In this document: positions 7,869 to 15,002 of the stretch, in pieces | Layout: the number at the start of each line of letters is the position of its first letter | How positions within the stretch are numbered: the first letter of the stretch is position 1 | DNA from: an archaeon | Lineage (GTDB): Archaea; Nanobdellota; Nanobdellia; Pacearchaeales; GW2011-AR1 | Direction of reading: 5' to 3' | Length of the DNA: 64,000 nucleotides | Assembly (NCBI GenBank): GCA_030605415.1 | Contig: JAUWIJ010000005.1 | Span: forward strand, 2,375-66,374 | Notes under the pieces: generated by a model | Told to the model about the DNA's origin: nothing | Databases searched by the model: none | Seen by the model: only the letters and a program-made list of their open reading frames with translations | Program-made: the position numbers and the translations under genes

Positions 7869-8501
7869 ATGGCAGCACCGAGTGTACCCTTGAAGGGCAA
7901 AGAAATAAAAGAAACTGCACCCAAGGGTGTACCTCCTGCCCGGATGGCATCCGATAAATCGGACAAGGTCGGCAAAGAAAAATCAAAAGTAGACGAGACT
8001 CCAAAAATGAAAACAGATGTTGAAAAAGTGGAAAATATTAAAGCCGAGAAAGGCAAGAAAAAAAAGATTGTTAAACAAAAGGAGATTTCTAAAAAGGATG
8101 TTGCGGTTGCTAATGGTTTTTCGTTGAAGATTTCGCCTAAGCAATCTAAATATATTATGAGAATTATTCGAGGCAAGAGTCCTGACAATGCCGTTGTAAG
8201 ATTGCAGGATGTTATTAGCGAGAAAAGAGTTGTTCCTATGGCTGGTTTGGAAGTTGGACATAAGAAAGGAAAAGGACTTGCTGGTGGTAAATTTCCGAAA
8301 AATGCGTGTAAGGCGATTATTGAGATTGTGAAGCAGGTTAAAGCTAATTCCATTATTGCTGGAATTGAGAATTCTGTGATTAGTATTGCCAGATCTGATA
8401 GGGCTTCGGCCCCGTATAGAAAGGCCGGGCGAAAAGCCAAGAGGACTCATATTCATATTGAGATTCGAGATAGAACTAAATCGATTGGGAAAGCAAAATA
8501 A
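7869..8501 (+). CDS. rpl22: 50S ribosomal protein L22 (uL22) with a long Lys-rich N-terminal extension
   Basis: C-terminal two thirds (ISPKQSKYIMRIIRGKS...HIHIEI) is L22. The N-terminus contains the 59-nt repeat shared with L3. Confidence 0.9.
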   Translation: MAAPSVPLKGKEIKETAPKGVPPARMASDKSDKVGKEKSKVDETPKMKTDVEKVENIKAEKGKKKKIVKQKEISKKDVAVANGFSLKISPKQSKYIMRIIRGKSPDNAVVRLQDVISEKRVVPMAGLEVGHKKGKGLAGGKFPKNACKAIIEIVKQVKANSIIAGIENSVISIARSDRASAPYRKAGRKAKRTHIHIEIRDRTKSIGKAK

Positions 8502-9193
8502 TGGAAGAAAAGAAATTTGTTGGAGTAAGAAAGGACGAGTATAATATTAAACAGTTTGTAAAGCGAATGTTTGGCAAGGGAAAGGTTTCAAAAGTTCGGA
8601 TTGAGTATACTCCCGTCGGAGAGAGAATTGTTGTTTCGACGCATAAGCCGGGTTGGATAATTGGTAAGCGAGGTGAGAAGATTAATGAGCTGACTGAAAT
8701 TTTAAAGAAACGATTTAAGATGGAGAATCCCCACGTTGATATTGAGGAGATTATGCATCCTGAGTTTGATGCGCAGTTGGTTGCCGACGATATTGCTTTG
8801 ACTCTTGAGAGATTCGGTGCGATGAAATATAAAGCGGCAAGTTATAGAGCTCTTGGAAAAATTAAAAATTCTGGTGCATTGGGTGCTGAGCTGAGGTTAT
8901 CAGGTAAATTGCCAAGTGATAGGGCGAGGGTTTGGAGATTTCATTTTGGTTATTTGAAGAAAACTGGGGACGCTGCGAAAGTTGTAGATAGGGCTGAGTC
9001 TATTGCTCAGACGAAACAAGGTATTGTTGGAATTAAAGTTGCGATTTTGGCTCCGGGTATTAAGATGTGTGACCAAATTACTATTGATGAAGATTTTATG
9101 AATAAAGTTAGGAGTAATGCTGCTTTTGAAATTGTTGAAGAGGTTAAAGTTAAAAAGAAACGGAAGGTGGTGAGGAAAAATAATGGTAAATAA
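8501..9193 (+). CDS. rps3: 30S ribosomal protein S3 (uS3)
   Basis: KH-domain pattern GWIIGKRGEKINELTEILKKRF and operon position. Confidence 0.93.
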   Translation: MEEKKFVGVRKDEYNIKQFVKRMFGKGKVSKVRIEYTPVGERIVVSTHKPGWIIGKRGEKINELTEILKKRFKMENPHVDIEEIMHPEFDAQLVADDIALTLERFGAMKYKAASYRALGKIKNSGALGAELRLSGKLPSDRARVWRFHFGYLKKTGDAAKVVDRAESIAQTKQGIVGIKVAILAPGIKMCDQITIDEDFMNKVRSNAAFEIVEEVKVKKKRKVVRKNNGK

Positions 9194-9431
9194 AAAAATT
9201 ATGACAGCGAAGGAAATGAAGAGAAAAATTATTGATTTGAAGATTGAGTTATTGAAAAATGTAACGAAAAGAAAAAGCATTAAAAAGGAAATTGCGCGGT
9301 TATTAACTATGGCAAGAAGCTCTGCTTCTCGGGGTGTCGGTGTTCGGGGTGTCGGGGTGTCGGATGCTGAAACAACTGGGAACAAGAAGGGAAAGAAAAG
9401 TAATACTAAATCGGATGGAGGGAGCAAGTAA
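9183..9431 (+). CDS. rpl29: 50S ribosomal protein L29 (uL29) with a repeat-derived C-terminal extension
   Basis: The KEMKRKIIDLKIELLK...IKKEIARLLT core is L29. The tail SSASRGVGVRGVGVSDA is encoded by GGTGTTC/GGGTGTC words. Confidence 0.85.
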   Translation: MVNKKIMTAKEMKRKIIDLKIELLKNVTKRKSIKKEIARLLTMARSSASRGVGVRGVGVSDAETTGNKKGKKSNTKSDGGSK

Positions 9432-9732
9432 AGTGGAAATTTGTCCGAAGTGTGGATTGCCTATGCCGGCGTGTGTTTGTGGCGAGATTGCCAAGACGCA
9501 ACAGCAAATTACTGTGAAAACGGAGACAAGGCGTTTCGGAAAAGTTAATACTATAATAAGTGGATTCGACGACGGTGTTAATATTAAAGACCTCGCAAAA
9601 AAGCTCAAAATGAAAAGGGCTTGTGGCGGAACGGTTAAAAATAAAATTATCGAATTGCAAGGAAATCACAAGAGCTTCATAAAACCTATTTTGGTTTCAG
9701 AAGGTTTTAGCGAGGACCAAATAAATGATTAA
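9415..9732 (+). CDS. translation initiation factor SUI1/aIF1
   Basis: N-terminal zinc knuckle CPKCGLPMPACVCG followed by the SUI1 fold pattern ITVKTETRRFGKVNTIISGF...LAKKLKMKRACGGTV. Start could also be GTG 9433. Confidence 0.85.
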   Translation: MEGASKVEICPKCGLPMPACVCGEIAKTQQQITVKTETRRFGKVNTIISGFDDGVNIKDLAKKLKMKRACGGTVKNKIIELQGNHKSFIKPILVSEGFSEDQIND

Positions 9733-10090
9733 AATGGTAAAGAAAAAAATTGATAAGAAAATTGAGAAGATTGAAGATGTCGAATGTAAGGATAGACTTT
9801 GTCCTAAGCATGGAGATAGAAAATTGAAGATGCGAGGTCGGACTTTTGAGGGTGTTGTGATTAGAAAGCGAAATACTCGGGTTACAATTCAGTTTGAGAG
9901 AATGTTGAAACTGCCGAAGTATGAGAGATATGAAAAAAGGAAAACGAAGATTCACGCGAGACTGCCTGACTGTATGAAAAATGATGTTGCGATTGGAGAC
10001 TTGATTCAGATTACAGAAACTCGACCAATTAGCAAGATGATTCACTTTGTTGTTGTTAAAGTTGTTAAAAAAGTGGAGGCTAAAATATGA
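9725..10090 (+). CDS. rps17: 30S ribosomal protein S17 (uS17)
   Basis: CPKHG, RGRTFEGVVI and GDLIQITETRPISK motifs. Confidence 0.92.
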   Translation: MIKMVKKKIDKKIEKIEDVECKDRLCPKHGDRKLKMRGRTFEGVVIRKRNTRVTIQFERMLKLPKYERYEKRKTKIHARLPDCMKNDVAIGDLIQITETRPISKMIHFVVVKVVKKVEAKI

Positions 10091-10217
10091 AATCAAAGAT
10101 TTCATATTTGCGGTGGTCGGTGGTCGGACGCTACCCTCACAGATATAAAGGAGAAACAGGTTGGGGCACACTGTTCGCTGGTCGGGGTTCGGGGCTTGAG
10201 CAACTGGAGGTACTGAA
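10087..10217 (+). repeat. mosaic intercistronic element, copy E3 (core-bearing)
   Basis: ATGAAATCAAAGATTTCAT overlaps the S17 TGA. The 42-nt core (10132-10173) interrupts GGACGC^TTCGCTGG. GGGGCTTGAGCAACT tail, then GGAGGT. Confidence 0.9.
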
Positions 10218-10577
10218 ATGAAAGGTAGAATAGAAACACAAAAGGCATTTAATAAAGAATCTTTAATTAATAACAAATGGTACAGGATAAATATTGGCTG
10301 TATTTATACAGAAGCAATGTGGGCTAATAACCTCCCTTTTGAAAAAGAGTGCTTTATTAGATTAAACACTGCAGATTATCAAAAAGGAATGGAAGGAAGG
10401 GATATAGAATGTTGGAATGGAGAGATAATTGGATTTTCAAGGGAAGGGAGTGTTCTAATTAATCCCAAAGAATATGGATTAGAATTTATTTACCCAAGAG
10501 ACCCACAATATAATTCTTTACTAGAACAAATGACAAAAACAAAGGAATTTAGAAAATTATTGGAGGTAAAGAAATGA
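10218..10577 (+). CDS. orphan protein inserted between S17 and L14
   Basis: 119-aa ORF with an ATGA overlap at the L14 start. Flanked by a 16-nt imperfect direct repeat, GGAGGTACTGAAATGA at 10206 and GGAGGTAAAGAAATGA at 10562. Confidence 0.5.
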   Translation: MKGRIETQKAFNKESLINNKWYRINIGCIYTEAMWANNLPFEKECFIRLNTADYQKGMEGRDIECWNGEIIGFSREGSVLINPKEYGLEFIYPRDPQYNSLLEQMTKTKEFRKLLEVKK

Positions 10578-10975
10578 GAGCAATAAGTGGAAGAGCGACG
10601 AGGAGTTTGAATATTGGGAGTTTGTTGGAGGCTTGTGATAATAGCGGGGCACGGATTTGTCGGATTGTTTCGATTAAGCATGGGAAAACTTCTAAGGGTC
10701 GGCAGGGTTATGCGAAAATTGCGGACTGGGTTAAGGTTTCAGTTAGAAAGGGCGACCCGAAAATGAAAGGAGAGGTTTTCGACGCTGTTCTTGTCAGGCA
10801 GAGAAAACCATGGAGAAGAAATACTGGAGAGCGAGTCTGTTTCAGCGATAATGCGGTTGCGCTTTTAAAAGACGAAAAAGGGAATCCAAAAGGAACACAG
10901 GTTAAAGGAGTTGTTGCTCGAGAGATTCAGGAAAGATGGAAGGAGGTTGCTAAAATTGCGGGGGGGGTATATTAA
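10574..10975 (+). CDS. rpl14: 50S ribosomal protein L14 (uL14)
   Basis: CDNSGAR and FDAVLVRQRKPWRR motifs. Confidence 0.95.
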   Translation: MRAISGRATRSLNIGSLLEACDNSGARICRIVSIKHGKTSKGRQGYAKIADWVKVSVRKGDPKMKGEVFDAVLVRQRKPWRRNTGERVCFSDNAVALLKDEKGNPKGTQVKGVVAREIQERWKEVAKIAGGVY

Positions 10976-10976
10976 G

Positions 10977-11447
10977 ATGAAATCAAAATTTAGTAAATCG
11001 TGGAATTCGAGTAAGCAACCGAGGAAGCAGGTTAAGTTTAGGGTGAATGCGCCGAATCATATTAAGCGGACATTTATGGGAACCACTTTAGATAAGCCAT
11101 TGAGAGAGAAATATGGGAGACGAAATATTGAAGTTAGAAAGGGCGACGAGGTTAAAGTTATGCGAGGGAAGTTTAAAGGGAAGCAGGGGAAAGTTGGAAG
11201 TGTTGATGTTAAAAGGACAAGGATTCAGATTGAGGGAATTCAGAGAGTTAAAGCTGGTGGGGAAAAGTTGATTACGTGGTTCCATCCGTCAAATGTTAAG
11301 ATAATTATTTTAGACAATGAGGATGCTCGGAGATTGAAACGCGGGAAGAAGGTAGTTGGGGAAACGGTATCCGCTGACGTGGACAAGGTCGACAAAATTA
11401 AGAAGACTGTTAAGAAAACTAAAAAAATAACTAAGGAGAAAAAATAA
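10977..11447 (+). CDS. rpl24: 50S ribosomal protein L24 (uL24)
   Basis: SKQPRKQ and KGDEVKVMRGKFKGKQGKV (KOW) motifs. Start at the internal Met of ORF-track 10911..11447. Confidence 0.92.
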   Translation: MKSKFSKSWNSSKQPRKQVKFRVNAPNHIKRTFMGTTLDKPLREKYGRRNIEVRKGDEVKVMRGKFKGKQGKVGSVDVKRTRIQIEGIQRVKAGGEKLITWFHPSNVKIIILDNEDARRLKRGKKVVGETVSADVDKVDKIKKTVKKTKKITKEKK

Positions 11448-12106
11448 TGGCACATATTAAAAAAACTCAAATGTCCACTTTGTGGCCGGTTCCACGGAAG
11501 GGAAGAGGAAGGAGATTTGTAGCTGTGCCTAGTCATGCGACTTCAAAGGGTATTTCGATTTTGTTTTTACTTAGAGATGTTTTGAAAATTGTAAAGACGA
11601 GGAAGGAGGCTAGGCATATGACATTAAACGGAATGGTTAAGGTTAATAATCAAATCAGGAAGGATGAGAATTTCCCGGTACAGGTTTTCGACACGATTAA
11701 TCTTGAAAAGGCAAAGTTGAATTATAGACTGGAGATTGTTAATAAGAAATTTAGTCTGATTAAAATTTCGGTCAAGGATGCTGAGAATAAGATTGTTAAG
11801 ATTAGCGGGAAAAAGATTCTTGGAGTTAAAAAGATTCAGATGAATCTCGATGATGGGCAGAATATTATTATGAAAGAAAAGTTTTCGGTTGGGGATTCGG
11901 TTGTTTTGAATACTAAGGAAAAGAAAGTTGTGAAAATTTTGCCGTTGAAAGAGGGGGCCGATGTGGAAATTGTCGCAGGGAAGCATGCCGGGAAGAAAGG
12001 CAAGTTGATTGGCTTTGAAAGTTTGGTTCGAGGTAGAAGTTATCAAATTAAATTAAAAGATAGAACTGTGAGTTTGCCTTACAAGACTATTTTGGTGATT
12101 GGATAA
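11447..12106 (+). CDS. rps4e: 30S ribosomal protein S4e (eS4)
   Basis: WPVPRKGRGRRFVAVPSH motif and operon position after L24. Confidence 0.93.
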   Translation: MAHIKKTQMSTLWPVPRKGRGRRFVAVPSHATSKGISILFLLRDVLKIVKTRKEARHMTLNGMVKVNNQIRKDENFPVQVFDTINLEKAKLNYRLEIVNKKFSLIKISVKDAENKIVKISGKKILGVKKIQMNLDDGQNIIMKEKFSVGDSVVLNTKEKKVVKILPLKEGADVEIVAGKHAGKKGKLIGFESLVRGRSYQIKLKDRTVSLPYKTILVIG

Positions 12107-12636
12107 TGGCAAATAAAATGAGAGAAATTAAGTTGGATAAGGTCGTTTTGAATATTGGCGGAGTTGCTGATAAGTTGGATAAGGGAATTATTTTGCTTGA
12201 AACTATTAGCGGAAAGAAGGCGATTAAAGTTAAAGCTACTAAGAGAATTCCGACGTGGAGTGTTCGGCCTGGTTTGGAAGTTGGAACGAAGGTTACGTTA
12301 CGAGGCAAGGATGCTTTGAATATGGTTAAAAAATTGTTGCCGGCAATTGATAATACGTTGAAGGAGAAGCAGATTCAGGATAATTGTTTTTCGTTTGGGA
12401 TACATGAATATATTGAGATTCCGGGTGTTGAGTATATTAGAGAAGTTGGAATTATGGGATTTGAAGTTACGATTGTGTTTTCGAGGGCTGGCAAATCGGT
12501 CGAAAAGAAAAAGGTTAAAAGGGGAAAATCTCGTAGATTAATTGTTACGCGTAAAGAAATTGAAGATTATCTTGTAACTAAATTTAACACAGAAATTTTG
12601 CGGAAACAAAAGAAGATTATGGAGGACGAAGAATAA
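12106..12636 (+). CDS. rpl5: 50S ribosomal protein L5 (uL5)
   Basis: NCFSFGIHEYIEIPG and MGFEVTIV motifs. Confidence 0.93.
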   Translation: MANKMREIKLDKVVLNIGGVADKLDKGIILLETISGKKAIKVKATKRIPTWSVRPGLEVGTKVTLRGKDALNMVKKLLPAIDNTLKEKQIQDNCFSFGIHEYIEIPGVEYIREVGIMGFEVTIVFSRAGKSVEKKKVKRGKSRRLIVTRKEIEDYLVTKFNTEILRKQKKIMEDEE

Positions 12637-12637
12637 A

Positions 12638-12868
12638 ATGACAGCGAGTGATTGGAGAAAAATAACGAGACAGCTTCGGGGAAAGCCGGCTGTGCTTAAG
12701 AAGTTTTTGAAACATAATAAACCAAAAGCTAGAAAATTTGGCGTTGCTGCCTATAAATGTGAAGTCTGCGGACGACACGGTGCGCATATTTCATCTTATA
12801 ATCTAAATTTATGCCGACACTGTTTCAGAGAGTTGGCAGTTGAACTGGGGTTCAAAAAATACTCATGA
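12638..12868 (+). CDS. rps14: 30S ribosomal protein S14 (uS14, zinc type)
   Basis: CEVCGRHGAHISSYNLNLCRHCFRE zinc motif and operon position. Confidence 0.9.
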   Translation: MTASDWRKITRQLRGKPAVLKKFLKHNKPKARKFGVAAYKCEVCGRHGAHISSYNLNLCRHCFRELAVELGFKKYS

Positions 12869-12986
12869 TATTCGTATTTTCGGTGTTCGGTGTTACCCTC
12901 ACAAATATAAAGGAACATCAGGTTGGGGCAGGCCCTCGGATGGTCGGATGGTCGGGGCTTGAGCAACTAAAGATGGAGGTTTTGGA
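12865..12986 (+). repeat. mosaic intercistronic element, copy E4 (core-bearing, hairpin degenerate)
   Basis: ATGA overlap with the S14 stop; GGTGTTC words; core at 12894-12931; GGGGCTTGAGCAACT; GGAGGT before the S8 ATG. Confidence 0.9.
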
Positions 12987-13364
12987 ATGAGTCAAGATAT
13001 AGTAGCGGATGGGTTAAATCAGATAATGAACGCGAAGCAAATAGGGAAGATGGATATTGTTATTAAGCGGTGCTCTAAGGTCTTGTTGAATTTGTTTGAG
13101 ATAATGAAGGCGGAGGGTCATATTGATTATGAAGTTAATAAGGAAGAGAAAACGGTTAGTGTTAAGGTGATTAAACTGAATAAGTGCAGGGCGATTAAGC
13201 CGAGATATTATGTTGGCGTTGATGGTATTGATAAGTATATGAGGCGATTTTTGCCATCGAGGAATTTCGGCAGTTTGATTATCTCGACAAATATGGGATT
13301 ATTAAATCACAAAGATGCAATTAAAAATAAAGTAGGAGGAAGCGTTATCGCTTATTTTTACTGA
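12987..13364 (+). CDS. rps8: 30S ribosomal protein S8 (uS8)
   Basis: DIVADGLNQIMNA start and GGSVIAYFY end are typical of S8. Confidence 0.93.
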   Translation: MSQDIVADGLNQIMNAKQIGKMDIVIKRCSKVLLNLFEIMKAEGHIDYEVNKEEKTVSVKVIKLNKCRAIKPRYYVGVDGIDKYMRRFLPSRNFGSLIISTNMGLLNHKDAIKNKVGGSVIAYFY

Positions 13365-13552
13365 TGGTAGACGGAGTTGAGCGCTGTAATGATTGTATAT
13401 TTGAAGAAGGGGTCCTAAGAAATACGACCAAGAGCGTGGATGAAAGCTGTTATTGTATTCGTTTTGGGAAAACGAATTCAGATGGCGTAATAGGAGCTAA
13501 GGAATGTTCTATTAATCCTTATTATAAAACTAAGGGAGCCCAAAATGAATAA
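13364..13552 (+). CDS. orphan small Cys-rich protein inserted between S8 and L6
   Basis: TGATG overlap with the S8 stop and an 8-nt overlap (ATGAATAA) with the L6 start. 62 aa with 5 Cys. Confidence 0.45.
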   Translation: MVDGVERCNDCIFEEGVLRNTTKSVDESCYCIRFGKTNSDGVIGAKECSINPYYKTKGAQNE

Positions 13553-14087
13553 AGATTTAGAGAGAGTTGTCGAGATTCCTGAAGGAGTTGAAGTTATTAT
13601 TAGTGAGAATAATTTTGTTGTTAAGGGTGATGGTAATGAGTTAAGTAGAAGTTTTAATCTGGGAAAGATTGGCGCTGTGGTTAAGGATGATAAAGTTGTT
13701 TTGACGGCGAAGGGGGCAACTCGGCGAGAATCAAAAATGATTGGAACAGTTTGGGCGCATTTGAAGAATATGATTAAGGGAATAGGCGAGGAGTTTGTTT
13801 ATGAGCTTGAGGTTTGTAATGTGCATTTTCCTATGAATGTAAAAGTTGATGGAGATAGAATTGTTATCAAATCTTTTTTGGGTGAGACAATAGAGAGAGT
13901 TGCAAAGATTTTGCCAAATGTTAAGATAGATATTAAGGGAAATAAAATTACAGTTAGCTCAAACAATATTGAAGCGGCTGGACAGACTGCGGCAAATTTA
14001 GAAAAAGCGACTCGATTAACTGGGCGAGATAGGCGAATTTTTCAAGACGGAATTTTTATGACTAAAAAACCGTGGAGGGTTATTTGA
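13545..14087 (+). CDS. rpl6: 50S ribosomal protein L6 (uL6)
   Basis: Two-domain L6 pattern with a RIFQDGIF C-terminal motif; operon position. Confidence 0.92.
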   Translation: MNKDLERVVEIPEGVEVIISENNFVVKGDGNELSRSFNLGKIGAVVKDDKVVLTAKGATRRESKMIGTVWAHLKNMIKGIGEEFVYELEVCNVHFPMNVKVDGDRIVIKSFLGETIERVAKILPNVKIDIKGNKITVSSNNIEAAGQTAANLEKATRLTGRDRRIFQDGIFMTKKPWRVI

Positions 14088-14190
14088 TGAAATCAAAGAT
14101 TTCATCATCGGTGTTCGGTGGTTCGGACGCTTCGCTGGTCGGTATTCGGGGCTTGGGCAACTGGATGTTATATTGGAGTGTTAAAATAAA
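14087..14190 (+). repeat. mosaic intercistronic element, copy E5 (core-less)
   Basis: TGATGAAATCAAAGATTTCATCA hairpin on the L6 stop; GGTGTTCGGTGGTTCGGACGCTTCGCTGGTCGGTATTCGGGGCTTGGGCAACT. Confidence 0.9.
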
Positions 14191-14604
14191 ATGGTAGAAG
14201 AAAAGAAAACAGTGTCGAGAAAGAAGCCGAAGTTTTTGCGGACGGATTGGCATAAGAAGATTAGACTTGGGCGGGGCGTTAAGAAAAATCAGAAATGGCA
14301 TGGAGCGAAAGGAAGGCAAAATAAGTTAAGATTAAATAGAAAAGGGCGAGGACAGAGACCTAAAGTTGGTTGGGGAGCCCCAAAAGGAATTCGGGATTTG
14401 GTATTGGGAATTAGGTATGTTAGGGTTGAAAATATTAACGAACTTCTAAAAGTCAAAAAGGGATTTGGTATTATTATTGGGAAAGTTGGGGCGAAGAAAA
14501 GGGCTGATATTATTGTAAAGGCGAACGAAATGAAAATGAAAATTTTAAATAAATATAAAATGAAAGATGAGAAGCCAGTAGTTAAGCAGGGGGATAAGAA
14601 ATGA
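14191..14604 (+). CDS. rpl32e: 50S ribosomal protein L32e (eL32)
   Basis: KPKFLRTDWHKKIRLG...WHGAKGRQNK motif. Confidence 0.92.
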   Translation: MVEEKKTVSRKKPKFLRTDWHKKIRLGRGVKKNQKWHGAKGRQNKLRLNRKGRGQRPKVGWGAPKGIRDLVLGIRYVRVENINELLKVKKGFGIIIGKVGAKKRADIIVKANEMKMKILNKYKMKDEKPVVKQGDKK

Positions 14605-15002
14605 ATTTAGCAAAGAAGAAGAATTTGGCGGCGAAAGTTTTGAAGGTTGGAAGGAATCGGATTGTTTTTGTTAAGGAACATTTGTCTGAGATTAAGGAAG
14701 CGATTACGAGATTGGACATTTTGGATTTGAATAAAAGTGGGGCAATTCAGATTAAGGAAGTTAGCGGTAGGAAAAAAATTGTCAAAAGGAAGAATCGGAG
14801 AAGAGTTGGGAAGGTTAAAAATAAAGTTAATAACCGGAAGGCAGAGTATGTGATAATTACCAGGAAGTTGAGAAAATTTATTAGGGGACTTGTTAGAACT
14901 GGCGCGGTTGATAAAGAGAAAAATAGGGAAATTAGAAAACAGATTCGGGCGCGGAAGTTTAAAAGCAAAAGACATTTAAAAGAAAGTTTGGAGGAATTAT
15001 AA
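14601..15002 (+). CDS. rpl19e: 50S ribosomal protein L19e (eL19)
   Basis: LAAKVLKVGRNRI start and a basic repeat-rich body; operon position. Confidence 0.92.
   Translation: MNLAKKKNLAAKVLKVGRNRIVFVKEHLSEIKEAITRLDILDLNKSGAIQIKEVSGRKKIVKRKNRRRVGKVKNKVNNRKAEYVIITRKLRKFIRGLVRTGAVDKEKNREIRKQIRARKFKSKRHLKESLEEL

Noticed and set aside
9415-10090. Absence of an RNase P Rpp29 gene between L29 and S17, and of adk/cmk after secY, as evidence of gene loss.
   Set aside because: Absence from one window does not show absence from the genome, so this cannot be judged here.
10132-10173. The core ATATAAAGG as a mobile archaeal TATA-box promoter. It resembles the local TTTATAAAG promoter motif.
   Set aside because: Copies also occur between convergent gene ends (43185, 63319) and inside the L18 CDS, and no BRE-like context is evident. 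The idea is possible but unsupported without TSS data.
14086-14110. TGATGA at the element 5' end as a C box of a C/D-box sRNA.
   Set aside because: There is no consistently placed D box (CUGA), C' or D' boxes, or guide-like region. TGATGA arises from stop/start overlap.
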